Origin: a virus
Direction: 5' to 3' (one strand)
DNA: 64,000 bases
IMG/VR virus record: IMGVR_UViG_3300048925_000129
Shown here piece after piece: positions 10,122-20,292 of the stretch. Position 1 is the first letter of the stretch, and each line of letters begins with the position of its first letter. The translations under genes were made by a program, and so were the position numbers. Under the pieces are notes generated by a model, which saw only the letters and a list, made by a program, of their open reading frames with translations, was not told where the DNA came from and did not search any database.

Positions 10122-10865
10122 TTATTTTCTTTTTTTAGTTGTCGGTTCTAACCACATGTTCTCACCGAATATGTATTTTAATACAGAGATATTTGTCAAT
10201 TTCTCTAGATCACTTAGTAATCTAAGTGTCTTTATAGTGTCATGTTTAAACATCTTATAAACCTCTTCTCTGATTCTTTCTTCAGAAACTACATTTATAA
10301 ACTTCACCCACATCTCTTGATCTTTAAGAATCACTCGTTCAATAGAAGCATCCATTGTGAAATTCTTTGTGATAGAAAATCTAAGAGCTCTTAACATCCT
10401 TAAAGGATCATCGTTGAAAGAGGTTTGAGCCGAGATGGGACATCTTAAAATGCCCTTCCTTAAATCTGCCTGACCTCCAAATGGGTCAATCAATAGTCCA
10501 TCTTCATCCTCAGCAATGGCATTACAGGTGAAATCTCTTCTGAGCTGGTCTGCATATAAATCTCCCATCTCCACTATAGGAATTCTACTTTCTGGGTTAG
10601 GGTAACTTTCTTTCCTTGCCATTACATAATCAACATCTTCATCATTAAACTTACCTCTGATAGTAAAACAATCAGGTTTTGTTATATGTATTTTAACCCC
10701 CATTTCTAACAAGCATTTTTCCATCCTTAAAAAGTAATTTTCAGGAGTGACATTTTTATCAATTTCTTGAAATACAAATACATAATCTATGTCTTTAGAT
10801 TTAACTCCCATTAACTTATCTCTAACACACCCACCAATCTTGTATAATTTAAATTTGTCTTTCAT
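10122..10865 (-). CDS. cca: tRNA nucleotidyltransferase (CCA-adding, class II head domain)
   Basis: GGCVRD, KDID, RRDFTCNA, DDPLRMLRALRF, SEERI. Confidence 0.92.
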   Translation of the reverse strand: MKDKFKLYKIGGCVRDKLMGVKSKDIDYVFVFQEIDKNVTPENYFLRMEKCLLEMGVKIHITKPDCFTIRGKFNDEDVDYVMARKESYPNPESRIPIVEMGDLYADQLRRDFTCNAIAEDEDGLLIDPFGGQADLRKGILRCPISAQTSFNDDPLRMLRALRFSITKNFTMDASIERVILKDQEMWVKFINVVSEERIREEVYKMFKHDTIKTLRLLSDLEKLTNISVLKYIFGENMWLEPTTKKRK

Positions 10866-11671
10866 ATTTCTTTGTTTTTTCTTAATCTTTGAATAATTGT
10901 TCTAACACTACTATAAGGTAGTCCTAATAATTCGTGAATTTCTTTTTGGGTTTTTTCTTCTTTAAATAGATTCTTTATTTTTATAATTACCTCATCTGAA
11001 ACGTTTCTTCTAGTAAGGGTTTGAAGATATTCTTTAAACTCTAAAAATTTACTTTTTTTTCTATTAAGGGAAAAATCATACTCATTATTAAACAACAAAG
11101 AAATTAGTTTCTCTATCTGTTTATTTCCTCTTATTTCTAGCATAGCAGAATTTATAGAGTCTTGATTCCTCAACCTAATTTTAGAAGATTTTATTTTTAG
11201 ACTTAATAAGTATTGTTTTATTAATTCCAATATTGAAATATTTGAAGAAAAACAAATTGTGTAACCTTTATTTGAATCTCCATATATAGAACCATCTCCA
11301 TCAAAAAACCCTCTTAGCATATCGTTAAAATACTCTTGTGGAATATCAGGTAGATTTGTAGATAAGTAAGTTTTATTTTGAACTACTCCCAATTCTATTA
11401 TCTTATTGATAAGTCTTTTTGATGTAATACTTAATAAAGAATAAGACATATTGTTTATTACTTTAGTACTAATTACTCCAGAATAATTTACTTCTTGTTT
11501 TATAAATTCTAGTACTTCAATATCTTTTTTACTTAAACATATTGTTAAATTTCCTTTTGCTTTATTTATAGAACCATCAGCATAAATAAAACCTAAAATG
11601 TAAGCTTTATTAACTGAGTCAATAATATCAAAATAATTTTCATTCAATGTGTATTTTCTTGGTCTTGCCAT
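10862..11671 (-). mobile_element. free-standing double-motif LAGLIDADG homing endonuclease
   Basis: YILGFIYADGS and LRGFFDGDGS motifs, C-terminal HTH. Confidence 0.92.
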
Positions 11672-11728
11672 AATATTTTATTTATAGCAAATATACTACT
11701 CTTTAAATCAATATACAAATATATAAAA

Positions 11729-11908
11729 TTAATTATTAATTTGACCTACAACCACATCTATAATACCAAACTCTTTATAAATTGCTATGACTTGATAACC
11801 TTTACCTGTATCCATTCCAACATAAGGAATACTATCTCTATGAACAACACTTAAATAATTTCCTTTAAGTCTATTAGCTTCACCCATGTATATAAATAAT
11901 TCATACAT
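11729..11908 (-). CDS. small hypothetical protein (59 aa, MYELFIYMGE...)
   Basis: Read by eye, below ORF-track cutoff. Confidence 0.45.
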   Translation of the reverse strand: MYELFIYMGEANRLKGNYLSVVHRDSIPYVGMDTGKGYQVIAIYKEFGIIDVVVGQINN

Positions 11909-11942
11909 ATCCTCCTACTTTATATAACTTGTAATCTTTCAT
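11901..11942 (-). pseudogene. orphaned original 5' end of the CCA-adding enzyme gene
   Basis: MKDYKLYKVGGYV* versus MKDKFKLYKIGGCV. Confidence 0.75.
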
Positions 11943-12313
11943 TAGTATAAATATATTAATAAATAAGTGTAATAGATTAATGCCACAATAGCATGTCCTC
12001 TGTATATCCAAGGTTTAACGTTCCTGTTGTCTTTAAATTTTTTATTTAATGCCCCTATCAAAATCCATTGGAATCCTAGAAATATGACAAATAAAATATT
12101 ATGAACAATAAACATACCCATAACTCCCCAAACAATAAAAATTACAACAGATAATAACAAGATGGATAACTTTTTTGTATTTTCCTCATCTAGCATCCCT
12201 GATTTGAATTGTTCAAAAAATTTCATATTCTCATCATAGGCTTTCTTGGCTCTAAGGAGAACATTAATTTCATAGTAAATAAGATATATTGTAAGTATAA
12301 AAAATAGTATCAT
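11942..12313 (-). CDS. membrane protein
   Basis: Several TM segments. Confidence 0.65.
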   Translation of the reverse strand: MILFFILTIYLIYYEINVLLRAKKAYDENMKFFEQFKSGMLDEENTKKLSILLLSVVIFIVWGVMGMFIVHNILFVIFLGFQWILIGALNKKFKDNRNVKPWIYRGHAIVALIYYTYLLIYLY

Positions 12314-12708
12314 GGGTTGTAATGTTTAGTTATTTCATAGATGATAAACCCAATCACAAAGAGTGAATTTATCACATTATAGACGATTCTGAACGGTTTC
12401 CCGTGCATGGCACTAGAGACCTTAGGATAGACCAAAAGAGTCATGACGAAGAAGAATATGAAATCCAGATAATACTTCGTAAATAAGCCTAAAATAGCCC
12501 ACAGTAAGAATGTCCAAGTGAATACCGTTCTTGACTGGATGAAATCTATGTAGAACTTAGGTTTGTTTTCATAATCTACATCAGGATTATCCATATCCCA
12601 TTTTTCCAATTCCTCCGTCTTCTTGACTACTGCTTTGACGTTGAAAAGATCACTGAGTTCCATGATAATTAAGAACCCTCCTATAAGGTAAAAAATGTGT
12701 GTTAACAT
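12310..12708 (-). CDS. membrane protein
   Basis: Several TM segments, architecture like 11942..12313. Confidence 0.65.
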   Translation of the reverse strand: MLTHIFYLIGGFLIIMELSDLFNVKAVVKKTEELEKWDMDNPDVDYENKPKFYIDFIQSRTVFTWTFLLWAILGLFTKYYLDFIFFFVMTLLVYPKVSSAMHGKPFRIVYNVINSLFVIGFIIYEITKHYNP

Positions 12709-12728
12709 AGTTTTAATTTTGATTTTGA

Positions 12729-13094
12729 TTAATATAAATCCCAGGCATTACCAATAGTCAGAAGGAAGTTAGCACAATCTGCTAGATATTCCTTAACTCT
12801 TTCAGGTTTCTGGGCTTTAAGTGCAAAGTACAACTTTGACTTGTGATACTCAAGCTCTAATAAAGCCTGATCTACGTTGGTGAATGTTAAAATATCTCCC
12901 TTCTCAGCATTGTCTTTGTTTTCTTTTATCATCTGCTGCTTAAAGGCTTCTGCAACTTCTTCAAAGGTTTTTACTTTATTTACCTCAACATTTTCTACAG
13001 GTCGTGGCATTTGGCATTGACACCACTCTCCTCTGAGAGATTCTGCACATGGTGCAAAGCATTTTCTAACTTCTGGATTGAAAATTAAGCTCAT
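12729..13094 (-). CDS. hypothetical protein, MazG-like helical signature
   Basis: EYLADCANF. Confidence 0.5.
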   Translation of the reverse strand: MSLIFNPEVRKCFAPCAESLRGEWCQCQMPRPVENVEVNKVKTFEEVAEAFKQQMIKENKDNAEKGDILTFTNVDQALLELEYHKSKLYFALKAQKPERVKEYLADCANFLLTIGNAWDLY

Positions 13095-13100
13095 ATAATT

Positions 13101-13499
13101 TTATAATTTATCAAAGTAAACAATTGATGAACCATTCCCAGATCTCTGCATCTTTGTCGGGCTGATCTTTGTGAAGATATAAGTCCCATATGATATTCCT
13201 GCTGTCATTGAGAATGTGTAGTTTGTCTCACTTATTTGTTCATCCACTTTGGCTGTCTGTCCTGTAGCTGCTGCTTTTTGCATCACTTCAGTATAGCTAG
13301 TATAGGGTGATATCAGTATGAAGTCATCCGATGTGAATTTGAAATACTGAGTGTTAGTTCCAGAAATAACCCAAGTACCTTGAATCCAAGAAGGAGGGTG
13401 AAAATACTGATCATTAGTTTGAACTAATGGTTCATCATTTGATGTTGAACATCCTATAAAAGATAATGTCATCATCAGTATTAAAAGTAATTTTTTCAT
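13101..13499 (-). CDS. lipoprotein
   Basis: MKKLLL...SFIGC lipobox, WIQGTW. Confidence 0.75.
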   Translation of the reverse strand: MKKLLLILMMTLSFIGCSTSNDEPLVQTNDQYFHPPSWIQGTWVISGTNTQYFKFTSDDFILISPYTSYTEVMQKAAATGQTAKVDEQISETNYTFSMTAGISYGTYIFTKISPTKMQRSGNGSSIVYFDKL

Positions 13500-13503
13500 A
13501 ATT

Positions 13504-13695
13504 TTAAATTTTATCGTTATCGTTATCGTCTTTTCCTAGTTGGCTGATAAAAGGAGAGCATACAAATCCTGCAATACCTAATATTACCAGTATAACCCCT
13601 AAACCAACAGTTTTAGCTGTCATTAAGGCTCCTCCAACCATCATCATTACAACTGTGACAATTAATGTCACCCTAAATAGTGTTAATTTTGTCAT
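13504..13695 (-). CDS. small membrane protein
   Basis: Two TM segments. Confidence 0.55.
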   Translation of the reverse strand: MTKLTLFRVTLIVTVVMMMVGGALMTAKTVGLGVILVILGIAGFVCSPFISQLGKDDNDNDKI

Positions 13696-13697
13696 TT

Positions 13698-14357
13698 TTA
13701 TAAATTTTCTTTAATAAATGATGTAAATCCTAATTCTTCTAAAGGTTCTAATGTTTTTCTTGTAGCTTGTTGCCAACAATTTTTAAGTAGTACTAGAACC
13801 TCTTCTCTGCTATAAGTATCCTTTACTTTTTTAATAGTAATAGTATTGTCTGAGTCTACTTTTAATCTTTCTTTAAATTTACCATAAATGGCAGGAGAAT
13901 TTGGTTTAGTATTATAAAACTCATATTCAACCAACACATCTTCAATTACATTACCTTTGTTATACTCTTCAATAAACTTTTTGATAAATGATTGAGAAAC
14001 ATTAGGATGTGGTTTTAATTCTAGCCACTGGTCTGTTGTAGCTATTATTTTTTTACAACTACCATAATTATAGTTTTCAATACATCTTTCTAAATCTTCT
14101 TTAGTAACTTTTATTAACTCTGTGGGAGCCAGTGGTGATAATCCTTCTAAACACCAATCACCTTCTTTAATCTCTTCGTCACTCAATATATAAAGATGTT
14201 GAGATATCAATTCATCTAAAGAAGATTCAGGCTTATTATATAACCCTGTTTTATTTTCTTCTAGATCTAAATATATTGTACTTTTATTTTCAGTAGCCAA
14301 CATAACTACTTTACATTGTTGGTAATATTTACCATTTTGTTCTTTTAAACTTGACAT
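13698..14357 (-). CDS. hypothetical phage protein
   Basis: Start moved to 14357; the longer ORF runs over a tRNA-like gene. Confidence 0.7.
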   Translation of the reverse strand: MSSLKEQNGKYYQQCKVVMLATENKSTIYLDLEENKTGLYNKPESSLDELISQHLYILSDEEIKEGDWCLEGLSPLAPTELIKVTKEDLERCIENYNYGSCKKIIATTDQWLELKPHPNVSQSFIKKFIEEYNKGNVIEDVLVEYEFYNTKPNSPAIYGKFKERLKVDSDNTITIKKVKDTYSREEVLVLLKNCWQQATRKTLEPLEELGFTSFIKENL

Positions 14358-14382
14358 ATGTTCTTTGTTTTTAAGATTAATT

Positions 14383-14468
14383 TGTAGTGTAAGGGGGAAT
14401 CGAACCCCCTGACCTTGCTCCAGTATTAATACTATCATCACAATGCTCTACCACTGAGCTATACACTT
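14383..14468 (-). ncRNA. tRNA-like RNA with enlarged anticodon arm
   Basis: D arm TAGCTCAGTGGTAGAGC, T arm GGGGGTTCGATTCCCCC, acceptor AGTGTA/TACACT. Confidence 0.7.
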
Positions 14469-14491
14469 GGGTTACCCTCCACACTTTATTT

Positions 14492-15241
14492 TTATCTTCT
14501 TGAAGAAGAGCTTGGAGATGAGCTCCTATATGAGCTACTACTTGAAGAATAAGATGATGAACTTCTGTATGATGAAGTACTGGGTGAAGAACTCCTATAC
14601 GAAGATGATGAAGATGGTGAACTGCTTCGGTAGCTGCTTGAACTTGGGGAGCTACTTCTATATGAAGACGTACTCTTATAACTGGAACTTGGTGAAGAAG
14701 TTCTGTATGAAGAGGTTGATGTTGACGGACTACTTGGTTTATAACTTGATGTAGTAGTCGGAGATGATGGTCTATAAGTAGTCTGTTTTGTAGTTATTGG
14801 ACTACTTGGTCTGTAAGTTACTGTGGATGGTTTGGTATCAGTATAGGTTATATTCGATGTCTTAGGTGAAGACTGTCTGTAAGCTGGTTTCTGAGCAGGA
14901 GCAGTGTTTACAACATTTTGATCTTGATATGTCTGTCTTGGGTTTGAATCATACTGATAGGCTCTGTCATAGTTTACATAACTTCTATCAAAGGCAGGTC
15001 TGTTATCATAGTAATAGTGATTAACTGATCTGTATCCACCGTTGTTATACAGTTGGTTGAACATTGCATAAGCAATGTAGTACTCGATCAAGTTACCATT
15101 TTGGTCATAGTCTTGTACTTTAACCATTTGCTCTCCCTGAGCATTGTAAACAACCTCATGATATGGTTGTCTGTTTTGTCTACAAGATACTGTGCTAACT
15201 ATTAAAGTTAGTGCTAAAACTAATTTGAATATATTTTTCAT
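14492..15241 (-). CDS. lipoprotein with Ser-rich YRSSSPS repeat tail
   Basis: TVSC lipobox and low-complexity C-terminus. Confidence 0.75.
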   Translation of the reverse strand: MKNIFKLVLALTLIVSTVSCRQNRQPYHEVVYNAQGEQMVKVQDYDQNGNLIEYYIAYAMFNQLYNNGGYRSVNHYYYDNRPAFDRSYVNYDRAYQYDSNPRQTYQDQNVVNTAPAQKPAYRQSSPKTSNITYTDTKPSTVTYRPSSPITTKQTTYRPSSPTTTSSYKPSSPSTSTSSYRTSSPSSSYKSTSSYRSSSPSSSSYRSSSPSSSSSYRSSSPSTSSYRSSSSYSSSSSSYRSSSPSSSSRR

Positions 15242-15257
15242 AAATAATTGATGCTTT

Positions 15258-15470
15258 TTATTGAATGATTACGATTTGTTTTTTTAAAGTAGCTAGGAAA
15301 TTTCCTACCATATTTTTGAACTCATGCAGATCTCCCTCTTCTGTATTCAGAATTTCTCTTGATGGCTCACCATTTGGTTGCATATCATTAAGATCTTTTG
15401 CTACTGATTCTAACCAGTTGATCCATTTTTCTGTGTCTTCTGGTGTTTCGATTGGATTGTAAATTGCCAT
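15258..15470 (-). CDS. hypothetical protein
   Basis: Follows promoter 15507-15566. Confidence 0.55.
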   Translation of the reverse strand: MAIYNPIETPEDTEKWINWLESVAKDLNDMQPNGEPSREILNTEEGDLHEFKNMVGNFLATLKKQIVIIQ

Positions 15471-15506
15471 TGTTTTTTATTTATTTATTTATTTATTTTT
15501 AATGAT

Positions 15507-15566
15507 GCAAATATATGTAAAAGTCCTCACATATGCAAGGACTTTTATGTTAAAATCATGTTAAAG
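15507..15566 (-). promoter_or_regulatory. promoter overlapping terminator-like hairpin
   Basis: TATATTTG, TTGCATAT, TTTAACA x2; aaaagtcct/aggactttt inverted repeat. Confidence 0.7.
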
Positions 15567-15617
15567 TCTTTTATAAAACTTTAGTAAGGATTTGAATTTA
15601 TTCAGAATCCCGTTAAA

Positions 15618-16922
15618 TTATTCTCCATCAGAAACTCCTTGTTCAAGTTCTTTGGATTCCCCCTCAATAAACTTAGGAGATTTTAGTTTGAAGATCTCAT
15701 CTGTTTCAACTAATCTGATACAGATTCCCTCATCTACTTTACAGTCATCGTAGGACTTGTCTAAATATTTCTGTTTTAGGTAATCTAATAAATGGTCAGG
15801 GCTCGTTGATCCTAGGTCTTCAATGAATGGAGGTACTATCTCTCTGACCTTACCATTAAAGTACTCATCAACATATTTGATTCCATACTTATCACAGTAT
15901 CTCTTAACTGCCTCCCATGAGAACTCATAAACTACACCATCTGGATTGGTATAGGTAATCCTATACACAAAGATTTCGTAGTCAAATCCATAAGTAAAAT
16001 TATCTCCCTGAACACCTTTTCCTACAATCTCACCATAAATAGTGATCCCTTTTTCAAGATTTTGCCTGTGCATTTCCATTGCTCTCTTCCAAATGTTGTC
16101 AGAATAGAAACTTGGAGTGTGAGATTGCCAACCTATTTTCTCAGCTTCAACTCCTTTAGGGAGTCTTGATTTTGGTTTACCAGATGAGTGTATGTATCCC
16201 CATTGAGTTTTAGGTAGTGGAGTGATGTATTTGTCAATCAGTTTCTCAAACCAATTTAGCTCTTTTTTCACCAATACATGGCTCAGGATTAGTGAAGATC
16301 CATGATATTTTCTAGTAACAACAAATCTTGTATCACGGTCTTCAAACTTGTCTAGGTTTCTGGCAAAGTGTGCAGTATCAGAATGGAATCTGAATTGATT
16401 ATCCAGTAACAGGTCTTTCAATCTGTTTTCTTTAGGCTGCTTCTCACCTTTTGGTAATCCTGATTGCTTAACTGGTGGAACATACTTCTGACAAATTAAA
16501 AAGTCATCAAAGTGAGTAAAGACATCCCCTGTCTTTAAGAATCCAGCAGGATAAAGTCCTTCTTCATTTAGATAGTTTAAGGCAGTAAGTGGGAGTAGCA
16601 TACCATCAGAGATAGTATCTCTCAATTTAATAGCCTTAACCAACCTTCTTTTAGCAGAAATATAACCTCTTTGATCTGAATCTTTGTTAAGTTGACTCTC
16701 ATCATATAGGCTGTTATGATAGCAAAGTTCTTCTGCCAGTTGTGTACCTGCTACAAAGTAAAGCATTACATCTCCCTCTTTAACGTCTTTGGAGACAATG
16801 ACATTATTCCCAAATAACACTACTCTTTTGATGTTATCGGCATTTTTTATATCAAAAACTTGTCCAATTGTTACAACTGAACAAGGATAATTAAGTGAAT
16901 CTTCACTAACACTAAGTCTCAT
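15618..16922 (-). CDS. RNA ligase (DRB0094/Rnl5-like, N-terminal OB-fold)
   Basis: IKNADNI, ISDGMLLP; motif I RKYHGSS, IYGEIVG, EGICIR, FKLKS. Confidence 0.82.
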   Translation of the reverse strand: MRLSVSEDSLNYPCSVVTIGQVFDIKNADNIKRVVLFGNNVIVSKDVKEGDVMLYFVAGTQLAEELCYHNSLYDESQLNKDSDQRGYISAKRRLVKAIKLRDTISDGMLLPLTALNYLNEEGLYPAGFLKTGDVFTHFDDFLICQKYVPPVKQSGLPKGEKQPKENRLKDLLLDNQFRFHSDTAHFARNLDKFEDRDTRFVVTRKYHGSSLILSHVLVKKELNWFEKLIDKYITPLPKTQWGYIHSSGKPKSRLPKGVEAEKIGWQSHTPSFYSDNIWKRAMEMHRQNLEKGITIYGEIVGKGVQGDNFTYGFDYEIFVYRITYTNPDGVVYEFSWEAVKRYCDKYGIKYVDEYFNGKVREIVPPFIEDLGSTSPDHLLDYLKQKYLDKSYDDCKVDEGICIRLVETDEIFKLKSPKFIEGESKELEQGVSDGE

Positions 16923-17481
16923 TAATATAGTTTTTATAAATTAATTTGATTAAATTTTTAAATTCATCTAAAGTCAAATCACTTTTAGCTCTGTTACAAT
17001 ACTTACAACATGGAGCAAGATTTCCTTTAGTGTAACCTTTTGATGGAACAATTCTATCTATACCATTCAAAAGTAAGCAGTCATTATCTACAATAGAGTC
17101 AGGTCTTTGATATCTACACCTTAATTCATATGGTTCTCTCTTACAGTATGTACAAGGTTGTACAGTAATTTCTTTGACATCTTCCAATGTTATATTAAAT
17201 GGAAGATTTCTTTTCTTACAATCACTCCTGATGTTTCTTAGAAGGATTCCAAAAACAGCATTCCCACTTCTTTTAGTAAACAGTACTTCATTCTTTAAAC
17301 ATCCACAAGACCTTGTCCCCTTTTCTTTTCTCAGATTAATTCCTGCTACTATGGATTCATTTCCACAGTCACATTTACACACCCACTTTCCAAATCCATT
17401 TTTGTCATTGTCAGCTCTTGATAGTACTGTTAGTTTACCATAAACCTTTCCAGTCTCATTTATTAGTTTTCTCTGCTTCAT
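16912..17481 (-). mobile_element. HNH homing endonuclease
   Basis: YGKLTV, CKCDCG, SCGC, GIDRI..KGY..N..CC..CN. Confidence 0.88.
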
Positions 17482-17608
17482 CTTTTATTTTTTGAAGTAA
17501 AATCATTCTGATAAATGCACTAGTGGTTAACCCCAACTGTTTTGCCATAATTTGGAGAGTCTCCTTTGTTTCAATGGAAACCCTCACTTGTAAAAGTTCA
17601 TCTTTCAT
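17456..17608 (-). CDS. ribbon-helix-helix protein (50 aa)
   Basis: MKDELLQVRVSIETKETLQIMAKQLGLTTSAFIRMILLQKI, read by eye. Confidence 0.7.
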   Translation of the reverse strand: MKDELLQVRVSIETKETLQIMAKQLGLTTSAFIRMILLQKIKDEAEKTNK

Positions 17609-17667
17609 TATAAGTAATTTGTAATACAAAAATACTACATTTTACTTACAAATCCAAATAGATAAAA

Positions 17668-18111
17668 TTATTTCTTAACTAATAAATTGACAAAAGTTGT
17701 CAACTGCTCATCAGTTTGAATGTTGTTGAAAAAAATCATTCTTCCCTCTTCCTCAGTATCTGTGTTAAATATAAACAGTGATACAAGCTCTAGTTCCAAA
17801 TCTACTTCTAACATAGATTTCTCAGTTGTTAGTCCATTTTCTACATCAGATTGTTTTAAATCTAATCCAAAAACTGTGTCATCATCCTCTCTAGCATCAA
17901 ATCCTAATGCTAATAAATTTTCTTTTGTAATAGTCATAACTTTGTTTGGTTTAATTAAAAATTCTTTGAACTTTTTTATCTCATGCTGAGTAGCTATATT
18001 AGCTTCAATTTTAGAGAAAAACTCTTTTAGTTCTTTTCCTGTAGGGCTAGTAGTATCATCATATACAGTAGTCCCTATCCCTTTTGTGTAATCAAATGGT
18101 AAATCTGTCAC
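17668..18111 (-). CDS. hypothetical protein
   Basis: ORF in operon. Confidence 0.5.
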   Translation of the reverse strand: MTDLPFDYTKGIGTTVYDDTTSPTGKELKEFFSKIEANIATQHEIKKFKEFLIKPNKVMTITKENLLALGFDAREDDDTVFGLDLKQSDVENGLTTEKSMLEVDLELELVSLFIFNTDTEEEGRMIFFNNIQTDEQLTTFVNLLVKK

Positions 18112-18112
18112 T

Positions 18113-18622
18113 TTAATCTATGTCTAAACTGTAATACGGGTTGTTTGTTTCTGTTACTTTGATACCATTTCCTTTTCGGTAATCAATCTCTTTTTCTAAG
18201 TAAGCAGGGAAGTTTTCTTCTCCTAGTTCCTGTTTAAGTAGAAATAAATCTCTGTCTGAGATGCTTTTCAAAGGAATACCTCTTTCTTTAAGGTCTCCAT
18301 CTTTCTTGTTCCAGATTGTGGTAAGCCTTTCATCAGCAATACCATACTGTTTCATGAATTTCTCATCTTCGGTGTTAAACCACGAGCCAGAGAAATTAGG
18401 TAGAACCTTGGCAGCTATCAACACCTGACTCATTCTATAGTCTGGATTCTCCACCCATGCTTTTTCAACCTCTCCCTGGGACTCCTTTAGGTTCCATTTG
18501 GCTAGGAACTTGTTTACATCAGCTTTGGAAGCTATACCTACAACGTTTTTAAGATATGATTCTTTAACGGTGTCTCTTTGATAGATGTCAAGGAGTATTG
18601 GAATTCTGTTTGGATTTCTCAT
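18113..18622 (-). CDS. hypothetical phage protein
   Basis: MRNPNRI..W.ENPDYR.SQ pattern. Confidence 0.65.
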   Translation of the reverse strand: MRNPNRIPILLDIYQRDTVKESYLKNVVGIASKADVNKFLAKWNLKESQGEVEKAWVENPDYRMSQVLIAAKVLPNFSGSWFNTEDEKFMKQYGIADERLTTIWNKKDGDLKERGIPLKSISDRDLFLLKQELGEENFPAYLEKEIDYRKGNGIKVTETNNPYYSLDID

Positions 18623-18727
18623 TGTTTTTATTATGATTTTTAAATTCTTTCTTTTTGTATTCTACCTGATTTCCTATTGCAAGAGGAAGTATAACGAAGA
18701 CAAGGATAATTAAAAATAGTATCTTCA

Positions 18728-18994
18728 TTAATCTGTTATTTCTACATCGTCTGGGTTAATAATTTCTTCGTCTGAATCCTGAATTACTGGCATCTTTGAG
18801 AAGGTAGTATTAATTCTATCTACTCTGATACCTTGCTCATCATACACATCTAAGGTGATGGTGTTGGTACTGACTACAGCCTCCACTTCTAATCCATCGT
18901 TGATGAATGCTTTGGCTTTCTTTAAGACATCAGTTTGAATGTCTGTTGGTACTGATTGCTGCTGCACAATTGTGCTTATGTCTTTGTAGTTCAT
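18728..18994 (-). CDS. hypothetical protein
   Basis: ORF in operon. Confidence 0.55.
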   Translation of the reverse strand: MNYKDISTIVQQQSVPTDIQTDVLKKAKAFINDGLEVEAVVSTNTITLDVYDEQGIRVDRINTTFSKMPVIQDSDEEIINPDDVEITD

Positions 18995-19527
18995 TAATCT
19001 CTTAATTTTAATGTTAAAGACTGAATTACTTGTTCATCCCAGTCAGTATCTTCCTGACCCCAACCTGTGTTGACATGATTTTCCTCAAATTCTAAAGCCC
19101 ACTTCCTAACAACTTCAAGCATGTAAATAGATCCTTGATTTGAAGCCCATCTGTCATACTCAGAAGAAGATGTTAGTTCTCTCATCATAATCCCATAAGT
19201 TTCCATATAAGATATGATACCATTTGGATAAGAAACTCCAAAGTAATCCTCTTTTGAGCCTCTATCTTCAATGACATTATAATCCTCACGACCCTCTAAC
19301 AATACAGCAGCATCTCCTTTTTGAAAGTAGTCCTCTACTGAGTTATCCTTTACTATTGAAAATTGAGGTCTAACTTCACTGAAATCGAATCGGGTGATAT
19401 AATTTCCTTGTTTGGTTCTTATTAAACCTGATTCTACTTTCTCTCCTTTAAGTTCTATAGTAAAAACTTCTCCTACTATATCTACTTTTAGAGTTTTGTT
19501 TACGTTATCTAAATATGCTTTTTTCAT
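18994..19527 (-). CDS. hypothetical protein
   Basis: ORF with stop/start coupling. Confidence 0.6.
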   Translation of the reverse strand: MKKAYLDNVNKTLKVDIVGEVFTIELKGEKVESGLIRTKQGNYITRFDFSEVRPQFSIVKDNSVEDYFQKGDAAVLLEGREDYNVIEDRGSKEDYFGVSYPNGIISYMETYGIMMRELTSSSEYDRWASNQGSIYMLEVVRKWALEFEENHVNTGWGQEDTDWDEQVIQSLTLKLRD

Positions 19528-20075
19528 TACAAGTCTGATTTTACTTTATCTTTGATGATTTTGATAGCTTTGTTCAGTGTTCGGGTATCATCCATAACCC
19601 CAAGAAAGTTGTCTTTAATGTACTTAGTCTTTACCAAGATAAAAGAGTTGGTTAAGAATCCTTCATCCAGAAACCTAGAGTTGTGAGGCATCAGAGTGTA
19701 TTCATCTTCTGTAGTGGTAAGACAAATACAATAGGCTAGATCTTTCACAATCTTAGCTACAACAATTGGTCTGGCTTTACCATTAACAGAGTATCCCATG
19801 AAAAGATCCCCTTTCTTTATTGTGCTAGGTTTGCACTTTCTGAACTTTGGAACATAAGCCTGAGGCTCATCAGGCTCCACTTTAACCTCAGCCTCAATTA
19901 TTACAGGTTTAGCCACTGGATTAACAGCTCCTATGCTATCAATTCCATATCCAGCCCTACGAAATAGTTGTTCTACATGGCTGGCTACCTCTTTTACCAC
20001 TTTTAATGAGTAAGCTGGTTTATCTCCCTCTCCGATCTTTTTCAGTATATTTTCTACGTTTACGTCTACTTTCAT
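19527..20075 (-). CDS. hypothetical protein with PemK/MazF-like C-terminal region
   Basis: KKGDLF..GKARPIVV..CICLTT. Confidence 0.5.
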   Translation of the reverse strand: MKVDVNVENILKKIGEGDKPAYSLKVVKEVASHVEQLFRRAGYGIDSIGAVNPVAKPVIIEAEVKVEPDEPQAYVPKFRKCKPSTIKKGDLFMGYSVNGKARPIVVAKIVKDLAYCICLTTTEDEYTLMPHNSRFLDEGFLTNSFILVKTKYIKDNFLGVMDDTRTLNKAIKIIKDKVKSDL

Positions 20076-20292
20076 TTCTTTTGCAAATATTGTAAAAATA
20101 ATTGAATTACACAACTATTTCTTTGTTAAACTTTTGTTAATTATCTATTGAAGATATATTTTCCTATTTTGTGTCCTCCAAACATACACATGACAACTCC
20201 ACACCAATAAGATACTTCAAGCATGGTATCAGCTACCCAATAGCAGAAAAATAATCCTAATGATACACAAATTACTCCAAATATTAAATTAA

